36,622 nt of DNA from a virus (IMGVR_UViG_3300014885_000002:1-36622); one strand, 5' to 3'; positions 27,488-35,139 are shown, numbered from the stretch's first letter. Notes: generated from the letters alone by a model not told the origin. Numbers and translations are program-made.

Positions 27488-27894
27488 TCATAATCCTCAG
27501 CGCACTCATGTTCTAGATAATATTCCAACGCTTCTATAATATTTGTCACTGTTCTTTTGCTAATTTTCTCTCTTTCTTCGTCTGCACTGGAAATATATTG
27601 CTCCAGACGTTGTCGGCTATCATTTATTTGCTTAGTAATTGCCTCAATAGAATTGTTATTTAAAAAGTCTTGCATCTGCCTTTCTCTTTTAAACAACATT
27701 TCATTTATTATGGGAGTCACAGAATTTGCAACATGATATTTATAATCTGTATCTAAATATTCCTTAAATGCACAGAGTGCTCTACCCCTTATAAGATTAA
27801 ATACTTTTTCAGATATTATATCGTATTTTTCTTCTTCGCTTAAGTGGGAAGGATGGTTGCATTCTTTTTTATCCATCTTGCTTTTTCTCATCAC
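27484..27894 (-). CDS. Hypothetical protein
   Basis: 136-aa ORF in operon. Confidence 0.65.
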   Translation of the reverse strand: MMRKSKMDKKECNHPSHLSEEEKYDIISEKVFNLIRGRALCAFKEYLDTDYKYHVANSVTPIINEMLFKRERQMQDFLNNNSIEAITKQINDSRQRLEQYISSADEEREKISKRTVTNIIEALEYYLEHECAEDYD

Positions 27895-28282
27895 CTACTA
27901 TCTCACGATTCTTATGGCATTCATCAACACGCAAGATATCTATGGTTTCCGATGGCATTATATTTAACTTACCTGTTCTCTTGTCTTCAGCCCATTTTTC
28001 CAATTGAAGCTTTCCATCCCTGTCGGTATTGACATCAGTAAAATCAATGCTTTCTGGCGCACCATCTGTATTAAGTGGAACTGATGATTGGACTTCTTCC
28101 TTTATCTCTTCAACCACACGAATGTCTATTACACAGCATTCCTCTATTGGAAAGTTATTAGCTTGCGAAAACTTTTCTATAGATTTAATCAATGCTACTT
28201 TGTAATCTTTAGCTTCAACTAAACAAACTTGATGAGCAGCGGCATTCCCACGAACACATACTTTAACTTGATATACTTTCAT
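27869..28282 (-). CDS. Hypothetical protein
   Basis: GGAGA RBS; 137 aa. Confidence 0.65.
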   Translation of the reverse strand: MKVYQVKVCVRGNAAAHQVCLVEAKDYKVALIKSIEKFSQANNFPIEECCVIDIRVVEEIKEEVQSSVPLNTDGAPESIDFTDVNTDRDGKLQLEKWAEDKRTGKLNIMPSETIDILRVDECHKNREIVGDEKKQDG

Positions 28283-28616
28283 TTTTATCTCCGGTTGGTT
28301 TAATATCTGGGTAAATCTCTAAAAATTCTTCCCTACTTAGCGGTCTCATATGACGACTATCTACCTTTTCAATGTGCGCCATAATTTTTTCATCTTTTCT
28401 AATTTGCCATTCATATGCATTTGGAAACGAGCGCTGCCACACATGCCTTATTTTGCATTGCAAACTATCAACGTAATTTAATACATAGCAATCAAAACAT
28501 TCGTTGGTCTCCCAAAGCATTCTCATCTTCTTGTTTTTGCTGCACCATTTACATTTACTTTGTTTTTTCGGTCTACTCATCCTTGGATTCCATTTTAGAT
28601 TTACGCTTCTTGTCAT
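28263..28616 (-). CDS. Hypothetical Cys-rich protein
   Basis: CKWC and CFDC; start may be the internal MSRPKK. Confidence 0.6.
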   Translation of the reverse strand: MTRSVNLKWNPRMSRPKKQSKCKWCSKNKKMRMLWETNECFDCYVLNYVDSLQCKIRHVWQRSFPNAYEWQIRKDEKIMAHIEKVDSRHMRPLSREEFLEIYPDIKPTGDKNESISS

Positions 28617-28770
28617 TCATATAATTAATGAAGTTGCTTAAATTTTTAAAGCAAGTTCCTTCTAGATAACTTTTAATCGTACGCTCAATGAATAAACCAT
28701 CACCTTCAACTTTCTCAGGAAACTTCTTTTTAAATTCTTTCCATCTCATTCTTTGCATTCTCCTTTCCAA
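28573..28770 (-). CDS. Hypothetical protein
   Basis: ORF in operon; start probably MRWKEF. Confidence 0.5.
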   Translation of the reverse strand: MERRMQRMRWKEFKKKFPEKVEGDGLFIERTIKSYLEGTCFKNLSNFINYMNDKKRKSKMESKDE

Positions 28771-28937
28771 TGCGGATACATATTTGTTTCTGGCGGCATT
28801 CCAAAAAACTCTTGATTACAACCAGGGCATTTACCTTCATTGTAAAGATAGTTATATTCCATCCATGCGTTAATATCTTTGGATGATAAATGTGTTAATG
28901 CTTCTTTACTTTTGTAAAACATGCTGCCGTATTTCAT
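28746..28937 (-). CDS. Small CxxC protein
   Basis: GGAGA RBS; CPGC and H...C. Confidence 0.6.
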   Translation of the reverse strand: MKYGSMFYKSKEALTHLSSKDINAWMEYNYLYNEGKCPGCNQEFFGMPPETNMYPHWKGECKE

Positions 28938-29097
28938 TTTTATTAATCTCCACCATTTCTATTTCTTCTGTATTCGCTTTAGGTGCAGGTTGTCTAACTT
29001 TAAAAAAATCTGTAGCTGATTTATTAAATTCTTTATTATGTTTTTCCGCTTCTTTTAGTTTATTATGATAATCTGCAATTTGTCCGTATCCCATCAT
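28906..29097 (-). CDS. Hypothetical protein
   Basis: AGGGAG RBS before MMGYG, the 3' part of ORF 28906..29217. Confidence 0.5.
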   Translation of the reverse strand: MMGYGQIADYHNKLKEAEKHNKEFNKSATDFFKVRQPAPKANTEEIEMVEINKNEIRQHVLQK

Positions 29098-29126
29098 TGG
29101 CTTATTCTCCCTTTGTTTATTGTGAA

Positions 29127-29354
29127 TTAAGTAATTGTGTTCTGCTCCGTACATTTCTTTTCCCTCTTCTTGTTGTCCATATATTGCATCGCGAAATCTA
29201 CATGCGCCATTCCGCATCTATAACATAAATAATTATCATATCCAGGCAATCTTTTGCACCAGTAATTTTCTCCAGATTCAACGCCTCTATTTCTATCCCC
29301 ACATTGAGAACATTTTAATCCAATAAATTTAGTGAGCAAATAATTAATTATCAT
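29127..29354 (-). CDS. Small Zn-finger protein
   Basis: TAATG coupling; CSQC and CYRC. Confidence 0.6.
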   Translation of the reverse strand: MIINYLLTKFIGLKCSQCGDRNRGVESGENYWCKRLPGYDNYLCYRCGMAHVDFAMQYMDNKKREKKCTEQNTIT

Positions 29355-29575
29355 TATTTACCTAACTTCTCTTCAATTAAATCGATGAATTCTTTTCTTA
29401 AAGAATATATTTGCTCTTGGGAGCAATCTTTTTTTGAAACATTTAAAAAGCGCGCAAGAATAGTAAGCATGATACTGGCAATTTCGCCACCTTCAATCTC
29501 CTTTCGTTGAAATATTTCTACGAGATAACTCCATGTTGAATTGATAATCTCTTTAAGATCTTCTTTATTAATCAT
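29354..29575 (-). CDS. Hypothetical protein
   Basis: GAGGG RBS. Confidence 0.6.
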   Translation of the reverse strand: MINKEDLKEIINSTWSYLVEIFQRKEIEGGEIASIMLTILARFLNVSKKDCSQEQIYSLRKEFIDLIEEKLGK

Positions 29576-29577
29576 TT

Positions 29578-29754
29578 TTAATCACCCTCTTTATTGATAG
29601 CTTCCCATATTTCTACTACTATATCGGTAAACTCGTGCCACTCTAAGTCTCTTTCTTTTACAGTAATAGAAGAATTATTTTCTAATTGCTCAGTAAATTT
29701 ATTTTGCAACATCTTTAGTTTTAATTTAATTAGTGCACCAGTAATACTATTCAT
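29578..29754 (-). CDS. Hypothetical protein (58 aa)
   Basis: Fills the gap after terS; MNSITGALIKLKLKMLQNK... Confidence 0.5.
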   Translation of the reverse strand: MNSITGALIKLKLKMLQNKFTEQLENNSSITVKERDLEWHEFTDIVVEIWEAINKEGD

Positions 29755-30148
29755 CTTTCCCTAATTCCTCAATCATCATTTTATGTTCACTCAATCTCAT
29801 ATCAATAACTTTTTCATTCTCATGAAACATTTTTAAATGACGCCCAATTAATTCAATTGATTTTAAAACTGTAGGAGCAATTTTTTCGCTATCACTCTCA
29901 GCAAATTTTTTTAATTTAAGTAAAACATATTCTGCATTTAATCCTAATTCTTCTGCTTCTTTACTCATGACTTCCTCTATTTTTAACTTAATACTAGGTT
30001 TAGCTAAGTTTTCAGCTGAAATCTCATTTGCCGTATGTTTGCTGTACCCAGCGGTAATAGCTGACTGCGTTCCATTACCAGTTTTTATATATTCTTTAAT
30101 AAATCTTTGTTGTTTGAGTGTTAATTTACCTTCAACATGTCGTGGCAT
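29747..30148 (-). CDS. terS: Terminase small subunit
   Basis: LT.KQ.RF..EY...GN.TQ.AI.AGYS..TA..I..ENL.KP.I and terminal ELIGRHL.MF. Confidence 0.92.
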   Translation of the reverse strand: MPRHVEGKLTLKQQRFIKEYIKTGNGTQSAITAGYSKHTANEISAENLAKPSIKLKIEEVMSKEAEELGLNAEYVLLKLKKFAESDSEKIAPTVLKSIELIGRHLKMFHENEKVIDMRLSEHKMMIEELGKDE

Positions 30149-30290
30149 ATTTAATTTCTCTTTTTTCTAAAAATTTTTTCCTTTCATCTTCTGGCAAAGA
30201 ATAGAAATATTCATATGCTTCATCTACTTGCTTCATAAGTTCAGGACATAATAAATCTATCAATTTTTCTAAGTCACATTTATTTTGCAT
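30132..30290 (-). CDS. Hypothetical protein (52 aa)
   Basis: MQNKCDLEKLIDLLCPEL...; overlaps both neighbours. Confidence 0.45.
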   Translation of the reverse strand: MQNKCDLEKLIDLLCPELMKQVDEAYEYFYSLPEDERKKFLEKREIKYATTC

Positions 30291-30522
30291 CTTTTTTAAA
30301 ATCCTCATAGGCAGCCTTTAATCCAGTTAACGAATTAGTTACATTCAAATCAATCTTTATGCCAATAACCAACTTAGTTATCTTTAAATCAATTTCATCA
30401 ACTAACTTTTCTGCTGATTCAGATTTGTAAATTGCTATTCCAATTGCCTGCACGCATCGATCTATTCTCTCAACTTCCTCTTCTGTAAGAAGACTTTTTA
30501 AAACCTTTATTTTATTATCCAT
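30280..30522 (-). CDS. Hypothetical protein
   Basis: ORF in operon. Confidence 0.6.
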   Translation of the reverse strand: MDNKIKVLKSLLTEEEVERIDRCVQAIGIAIYKSESAEKLVDEIDLKITKLVIGIKIDLNVTNSLTGLKAAYEDFKKDAK

Positions 30523-30709
30523 CTTTCTTTACCACTTCATACCCATACAACGCAGTTACAAATTCAGACGTCAACTCATGACAAGCCAATAAAAATCCTC
30601 GTTTAAAATAATTATCATCTTCCAGCTTACCATTATATTTAGCTTCAATAGCAAATTGACATTGCTTTATAAGCGTTCGTATTTCATTATCATTTAATGC
30701 GTAATTCAT
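30515..30709 (-). CDS. Hypothetical protein
   Basis: ORF in operon. Confidence 0.6.
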   Translation of the reverse strand: MNYALNDNEIRTLIKQCQFAIEAKYNGKLEDDNYFKRGFLLACHELTSEFVTALYGYEVVKKDG

Positions 30710-30710
30710 A

Positions 30711-31106
30711 TTATTTTCCAGAACCTTTTATAAGGTTATCCAACTCTTTATTCGCTAAAACCTCTAATTTAGCAGGAATAGTTTTAGCAAAAGTAGAATT
30801 ACTAATCTTAGGAATAACATATATCATCGCCATTTGCTGAGAACTTGGAATAAAATTTGCTACCAGCGAAAAAATAATGAATAGTGGAAAATAAACTCTT
30901 TTAACATTTACTACGACCTTCTCTTTAAACTTTTTGGCTTCGGCGGTGGTAGCGTCGCCATACGACGTTGCAGTGTCACACTGTTGTACGATAACCATAC
31001 CAACAAGTATAGCCATCCACGCGAAGATTAAAACCGATGCAAATGCGCAAGCACTTATAAAATTATCTAAACTTAGTATCCAGAAAACTGTCCATCCACT
31101 TATCAT
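30711..31106 (-). CDS. Membrane protein
   Basis: AGGAGA RBS; two hydrophobic helices, W...LD and FIPS...M..IY..P pattern. Confidence 0.7.
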   Translation of the reverse strand: MISGWTVFWILSLDNFISACAFASVLIFAWMAILVGMVIVQQCDTATSYGDATTAEAKKFKEKVVVNVKRVYFPLFIIFSLVANFIPSSQQMAMIYVIPKISNSTFAKTIPAKLEVLANKELDNLIKGSGK

Positions 31107-31267
31107 TTATATCTCCTATTGATTACCCACATACTAATAATGAACATAACAAAATCCCAGGATAAACAAACAATCATAGGAAGAAAAATTACAACCCAAC
31201 TCAGATTAATTAAACCTACTATTTTAAGTACAACTAAAATTAAAACCAAAGTATTAATGAATCCCAT
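31103..31267 (-). CDS. Small two-TM membrane protein
   Basis: GAGGA RBS; MGFINTLVLILVVLKIVGLINLSWVVIFLPMI..., a common phage LK..G.I..SW...P type. Confidence 0.7.
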   Translation of the reverse strand: MGFINTLVLILVVLKIVGLINLSWVVIFLPMIVCLSWDFVMFIISMWVINRRYK

Positions 31268-31547
31268 CGTAGTTCCTCAGCATAGAGTAATCCGGAAAAT
31301 TTGCTTCGAATTTTCCCCATGATATTAAACGTAGATCTTTATCTAAAACTAAATAATAAAAAGAAATCCCAGGTTTAATATAAATAGGACACGGCAGTTT
31401 ACCCATAGAATTAAAAATAAGAGGATTTTGATATGGGCATGCAAATTCTTTATCGCTAAATAAGATGGACGTTTCCCTGTTTAATATCTGCAACAGTCCT
31501 CCAAAATTATCTTTACCATCTATAACTAAATCTGCAATACTACTCAT
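31254..31547 (-). CDS. Stand-alone homolog of the N-terminal attachment domain of tail protein 10215-11849
   Basis: Aligned by eye: FSD....PY..P.I....G..P.P.Y....G...YY...NFP. Confidence 0.65.
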   Translation of the reverse strand: MSSIADLVIDGKDNFGGLLQILNRETSILFSDKEFACPYQNPLIFNSMGKLPCPIYIKPGISFYYLVLDKDLRLISWGKFEANFPDYSMLRNYDGIH

Positions 31548-31798
31548 TTTATCCTCAATTTTTCTTCTTTCGATATTTTACGTTTAAGTTCTTTAGATTT
31601 ATGGGCTCTAATTTTTGCAAATTTATTATCTACACCCACTTCCCATTTAGAATCTTTAGCGGACTCTTTCAAGCCCGCTTTAGATTCTGATTTCTCTCTT
31701 TTCTTTGCACCTTTACCTTCAATCTTAGCCAAAGTAGAAAACGTCTTTTCACGCTTTTCCACTTTCTTTAAGTCTCGGAGTTTTTTTGCAGTTTTCAT
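31544..31798 (-). CDS. Lys-rich basic protein
   Basis: 84 aa, strongly K/R/E-rich. Confidence 0.65.
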   Translation of the reverse strand: MKTAKKLRDLKKVEKREKTFSTLAKIEGKGAKKREKSESKAGLKESAKDSKWEVGVDNKFAKIRAHKSKELKRKISKEEKLRIK

Positions 31799-31805
31799 AT
31801 TTATC

Positions 31806-32216
31806 TCAAAAATAAAAACAATTAACCACTACATTTTGTCCTAGCACTTGGTTCAAATTGAATAATCTAATTGAAGTAGGGTAACTAGGCACAATCGCAT
31901 GCGCATTAAACTTTCTAAAATTAACCGGTGTGCTAACGGTTACCGTATAAACTCCATCTGGAGAATCGTTATTTTCAAACTCGTAATTAGCCGCTGATAT
32001 TTGCACTTTAACCGAAACATTATCAAGCGCCCACAGATTGCAAACAACATTCCTTCCTATATTCTTGCCTTGAATGAGTTGGTATGCTTCCATTCCATCA
32101 AAGGGGGACATGACATAATTCCCAGTCGGGATAATACCCTGAAAGTCCTTCCCAGCATAAACACTCGAAGCGGCTAAAACTAAAGCAGCGCCTAATAAAA
32201 CTTTAAACTTCTTCAT
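31806..32216 (-). CDS. Secreted/periplasmic protein with Sec signal peptide
   Basis: MKKFKVLLGAALVLAASSVYA signal; two Cys; beta-rich. Confidence 0.8.
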   Translation of the reverse strand: MKKFKVLLGAALVLAASSVYAGKDFQGIIPTGNYVMSPFDGMEAYQLIQGKNIGRNVVCNLWALDNVSVKVQISAANYEFENNDSPDGVYTVTVSTPVNFRKFNAHAIVPSYPTSIRLFNLNQVLGQNVVVNCFYF

Positions 32217-32436
32217 TTTGATATCTCAGATTAAATTACAACTTGTCCTGCAATATCATCATCCAATACGAACTATCCTGCTTCTCCAAATTCATGCCTA
32301 TTTTTGCTAGCTGCGCTCGTAATAGACAACGAAGGCTCCTCAATTAACGATATTGTAACCCAATCGAAACGCACCCTTAAAGATGAGGGTGAGACTATTC
32401 CCCGTAACCTAGGAGAGGAATTCATAAAAACTAATA

Positions 32437-32616
32437 TGGCGGTCAATAACTGGATTCGAACCAGTGTTACGCATCACACTTTACTATGATAGGCAAACCT
32501 AAATACAATCAGCCCCTAGGGGAAAATATTGCATTTAGTGAGGTCGACCACCGTTGCTAATAGCAACCGCATCTATCACGATTACCTAGGAATCCTCGAA
32601 CTCCCCCATATTGACC
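32437..32616 (-). ncRNA. 180-nt tRNA-like RNA with encoded CCA
   Basis: 5' GGTCAATA pairs with 3' TATTGACC-GCCA; T-arm ACTGG-TTCGAAT-CCAGT; nested internal helices; 6 nt downstream of tRNA-Asn. Confidence 0.7.
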
Positions 32617-32622
32617 AATAAC

Positions 32623-32698
32623 TGGCTCCTCGAAATGGACTCGAACCATTGACCCAGTAGTTAACAGCCACTTGCTCTACCATCTGAGCTATCGAGGA
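32623..32698 (-). tRNA. tRNA-Asn (GTT)
   Basis: 76-nt cloverleaf TCCTCGA-TA-GCTC AGATGGTA GAGC-A-AGTGG CTGTTAA CTACT-GGGTC-AATGG TTCGAGT CCATT-TCGAGGA-GCCA. Confidence 0.96.
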
Positions 32699-32703
32699 TA
32701 ATT

Positions 32704-32859
32704 TCATTTAATTTTCTTAACTTTCCATTCATAAGACTTACAATTAGGGCACGCACTCGGATTTTCCTTTCTAGGTTGCCATCTCCAACCGCACCGAATA
32801 CATTGCGCCATCTCGGCTACAAGCTTTTTATGTATAGTCTCTTTTTTTGAAATTTCCAT
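32704..32859 (-). CDS. 51-aa zinc-ribbon protein
   Basis: CIRCGWRWQPR...P..CPNCKS..W. Confidence 0.75.
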   Translation of the reverse strand: MEISKKETIHKKLVAEMAQCIRCGWRWQPRKENPSACPNCKSYEWKVKKIK

Positions 32860-32885
32860 TCATACGCTTACATTTATTGTCTTGT

Positions 32886-32920
32886 TCATAATAATAATAA
32901 TAATAATAAGATTTGTCAAA
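32886..32920 (-). promoter_or_regulatory. Leftward promoter with (TAT)7 tract, copy 1
   Basis: TTGACA-AATCTTATTATTATTAT-TATTAT; near-identical to 36121-36152. Confidence 0.75.
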
Positions 32921-32936
32921 CTTTTTTTAAAAATAA

Positions 32937-32965
32937 TTGCAAAATAATTTATATCCATTTAGAAT
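32937..32965 (+). promoter_or_regulatory. Rightward promoter for the three-gene island
   Basis: TTGCAA-17 bp-TAGAAT. Confidence 0.65.
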
Positions 32966-32979
32966 AATCGCATGTCCAA

Positions 32980-33177
32980 TTGAGTGATATCATTATGCAT
33001 AAACCACAAATAAAAGTCACTAGAAGCGTACAAGAAGCTAGAGAACAAAGCTTTGAGCGTATTATGGTTGATTCTGTAAAAGCGAAACAACGTAACTTTA
33101 ATGTAACTATGCGTGATAAATTCATGCCAGGTGATGAAGTAGATGTAAGTAAACGTCATGAAAGAGGGGAAAAGTAA
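32980..33177 (+). CDS. Hypothetical protein
   Basis: ORF coupled (TAATG) to next gene; start uncertain. Confidence 0.55.
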   Translation: MSDIIMHKPQIKVTRSVQEAREQSFERIMVDSVKAKQRNFNVTMRDKFMPGDEVDVSKRHERGEK

Positions 33178-33401
33178 TGGCTGTTTTAAAAGCTAAAGCC
33201 CGTAATAAACTTAAAAAGTCAACTTTTGGTTTACCAGGCGAACGAAAATATCCTATGCCTGACAAATCCCACGCCGCCAATGCTAAAGCCCGAGCGACTC
33301 AAATGGTCAACAAAGGCAAACTATCTTCAGCATCTAAAGCTAAAATAGATGCTAAAGCAAACCGCATCTTAGGAAACTCTAAAAAAGGCAAAACCAAATG
33401 A
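33177..33401 (+). CDS. Small basic protein (RKYPMPDxxHAxNAxAR, DUF6582-like)
   Basis: GAGGGG RBS; recurring phage motif FGLPGERKYPMPDKSHAANAKARA; family name recalled, not searched. Confidence 0.8.
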   Translation: MAVLKAKARNKLKKSTFGLPGERKYPMPDKSHAANAKARATQMVNKGKLSSASKAKIDAKANRILGNSKKGKTK

Positions 33402-33550
33402 AAAAGAAAGAAATGAAATCAAAAGAAACGAAAGGCAAAATGAAAAAAGACCACATGAAAGAAGAAAAAGCAGAAAACAAGGCGTTAAAGAAAAGTCCCA
33501 AGAAAGCTGTCAAAGAAATAAAGAAAATTCATAAAAAAATGGGATATTAA
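33398..33550 (+). CDS. 50-aa Lys-rich protein
   Basis: ATGA coupling; MKKKEMKSKETKGKMKKDHMKEEK... Confidence 0.65.
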   Translation: MKKKEMKSKETKGKMKKDHMKEEKAENKALKKSPKKAVKEIKKIHKKMGY

Positions 33551-33867
33551 AAACTTGAAGCCGACTTTTGATAAGTCGGCTTTCTTTTTTTATAAATAGT
33601 GGCAGGATTCTTTAATCGTGCTTTCAATTTATTATGACTATCTATTTTTAATTTTTCTTCTTCTCTGGTAGGGCGCGCGAACTGCAGCATCATACGGCAG
33701 TCCATTATACGTGATAAAGCAAGCCGTTTATCTTCCTCTTCTCTTATTTCTAAAGATTCAATCCCTGGAGTTATTTCTATTGATGTATCTGCGCGTAGAG
33801 CCTCTAACATTTCCGCTTTGTCAATATCTATACCTGCTTTACTTCGTAAAAAACTAAAAAAACTCAT
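33547..33867 (-). CDS. Hypothetical protein
   Basis: AGGGGA RBS, ATGA coupling with rusA. Confidence 0.6.
   Translation of the reverse strand: MSFFSFLRSKAGIDIDKAEMLEALRADTSIEITPGIESLEIREEEDKRLALSRIMDCRMMLQFARPTREEEKLKIDSHNKLKARLKNPATIYKKRKPTYQKSASSF
33558..33591 (+). terminator. Intrinsic terminator of the plus-strand island
   Basis: AAGCCGACTT-TTGAT-AAGTCGGCTT followed by a T run, directly after the stop at 33550. Confidence 0.75.
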
Positions 33868-34307
33868 ATCGAAAATCCCCTTAAAAATTCATTCTCTATC
33901 TGCACAAAAGGTGGCATATCACAATCATTTCTTTTTGATTTTGCACTTTGTATTCTAAAATCAATCAATCCGCCTTTAACAACCTTATTTATCCTAATGG
34001 TATGGTCATCGCATATTTGATTATCATCAAGATAAAGTCCAGCATGTTGCAATGCATCAAAAAGCGCTTTTTTTATATTATCTATATCTCGTTTGCGTTT
34101 ATCAGGAGGATAGATAATAATCTCCACCATTAAATCGCCATGCATTGGCTTGCCATCCCACTTTTCACACTTACCAATACCTTCCCATAGGGTACAGCAA
34201 ATAAGCTCCCTATACGCCTTCCCAGGAGGTTTTAAATAGACTCTGTTTTTTATCCTTCCGTAATAGTTATTAACAGACGGTGGATAAGGCAAATTCAACT
34301 GAATCAT
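33864..34307 (-). CDS. rusA: RusA-family Holliday junction resolvase
   Basis: LPYPPSVN.Y, PPD.R.RD.DN..KAL.DAL, DD.QI. Confidence 0.93.
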   Translation of the reverse strand: MIQLNLPYPPSVNNYYGRIKNRVYLKPPGKAYRELICCTLWEGIGKCEKWDGKPMHGDLMVEIIIYPPDKRKRDIDNIKKALFDALQHAGLYLDDNQICDDHTIRINKVVKGGLIDFRIQSAKSKRNDCDMPPFVQIENEFLRGFSI

Positions 34308-34411
34308 TTTCTACACCTCGCGCAACACACTTTCGCTGTAAACTGAGTAATAGGGCGCAACCTTAATTCACACCACTTCCTAAACTTGCCGCATATATCA
34401 CACCTGTTCAT
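34304..34411 (-). CDS. 35-aa Cys-rich peptide
   Basis: GGAGGT RBS, ATGA couplings; CDIC and CARC. Confidence 0.55.
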   Translation of the reverse strand: MNRCDICGKFRKWCELRLRPITQFTAKVCCARCRK

Positions 34412-34569
34412 TTGACCTCCCATTCCTCTATTCTGCACTCTATCCCTAGTTCTTTTAACGTAGCATCATATTTAATCATATAATTGAGAGCATCTTGATG
34501 CTTTTTATAAATTTCTTTAATTTTGAAACTATTTCCTTGATATAAAAATACAATATAAACTTTATTCAT
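34408..34569 (-). CDS. Hypothetical protein (53 aa)
   Basis: GGAGGT RBS; MNKVYIV...IEEWEVK. Confidence 0.6.
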   Translation of the reverse strand: MNKVYIVFLYQGNSFKIKEIYKKHQDALNYMIKYDATLKELGIECRIEEWEVK

Positions 34570-34882
34570 CTGTCACCTCCACTATTTTATAACGCCTAGA
34601 TAAATCTAAATTATTACAAGGCATCTTAGGCGCCTCATCAAAAACACCATTTAAATCATATCTCTTATTATATGGACTTGTATAAAAATGATCAGAAGTA
34701 ACGATTTTTACAGTCTCATAATTTCCATTGCCATCTCTATAAATATCTCCGATTTGAATTTCACGTTTTGATTTTTCTGTAAACCGTTTCACGCACCGTC
34801 TCACATGAGTATCATTATCGTCATAATGTATTTGAAACAATAATGAATTGCATAACTCGACAGCTTCTTTTTTAGTTAACAT
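34562..34882 (-). CDS. Hypothetical protein, MLTxxE/GDIYxDG family
   Basis: Motifs shared with 2316-2633 and 35745-36086. Confidence 0.8.
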   Translation of the reverse strand: MLTKKEAVELCNSLLFQIHYDDNDTHVRRCVKRFTEKSKREIQIGDIYRDGNGNYETVKIVTSDHFYTSPYNKRYDLNGVFDEAPKMPCNNLDLSRRYKIVEVTDE

Positions 34883-34884
34883 AT

Positions 34885-35139
34885 CTATTTATCCTTCCAA
34901 ATTAAATCATGTGCGGTATCTAAAGAGCGTTGACACCGAGATAACTCAAAACCCTCCGAACACATGATTAAAACATCCACCAAAATTTTCATAGCTGTTC
35001 TAAGATTATTTTCCTCCTTAGATTTTTCCGGGAGGGGCTCGATAAAAAGTTCAAGGCATTTTTGCATATAATTGTCATGATCGTGACGCTGTACCAGCAA
35101 TTTATTATACAATTGAAAAGCTTCATCTTTAGTTAACAT
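34885..35139 (-). CDS. Hypothetical protein with the MLTxxE N-terminal module only
   Basis: AGGGGA RBS before MLTKDEAFQLY. Confidence 0.7.
   Translation of the reverse strand: MLTKDEAFQLYNKLLVQRHDHDNYMQKCLELFIEPLPEKSKEENNLRTAMKILVDVLIMCSEGFELSRCQRSLDTAHDLIWKDK

Noticed and set aside
32304-32489. Plus-strand 61-aa ORF
   Set aside because: TTG start, no RBS, antisense to the operon and overlapping the tRNA-like 3' end
32437-32616. tmRNA, tRNA-His or group I intron-containing tRNA
   Set aside because: No G3:U70 or A73 and too short for tmRNA; the discriminator is unpaired G rather than the C73 of tRNA-His; the ~100-nt insert is too short for a group I core
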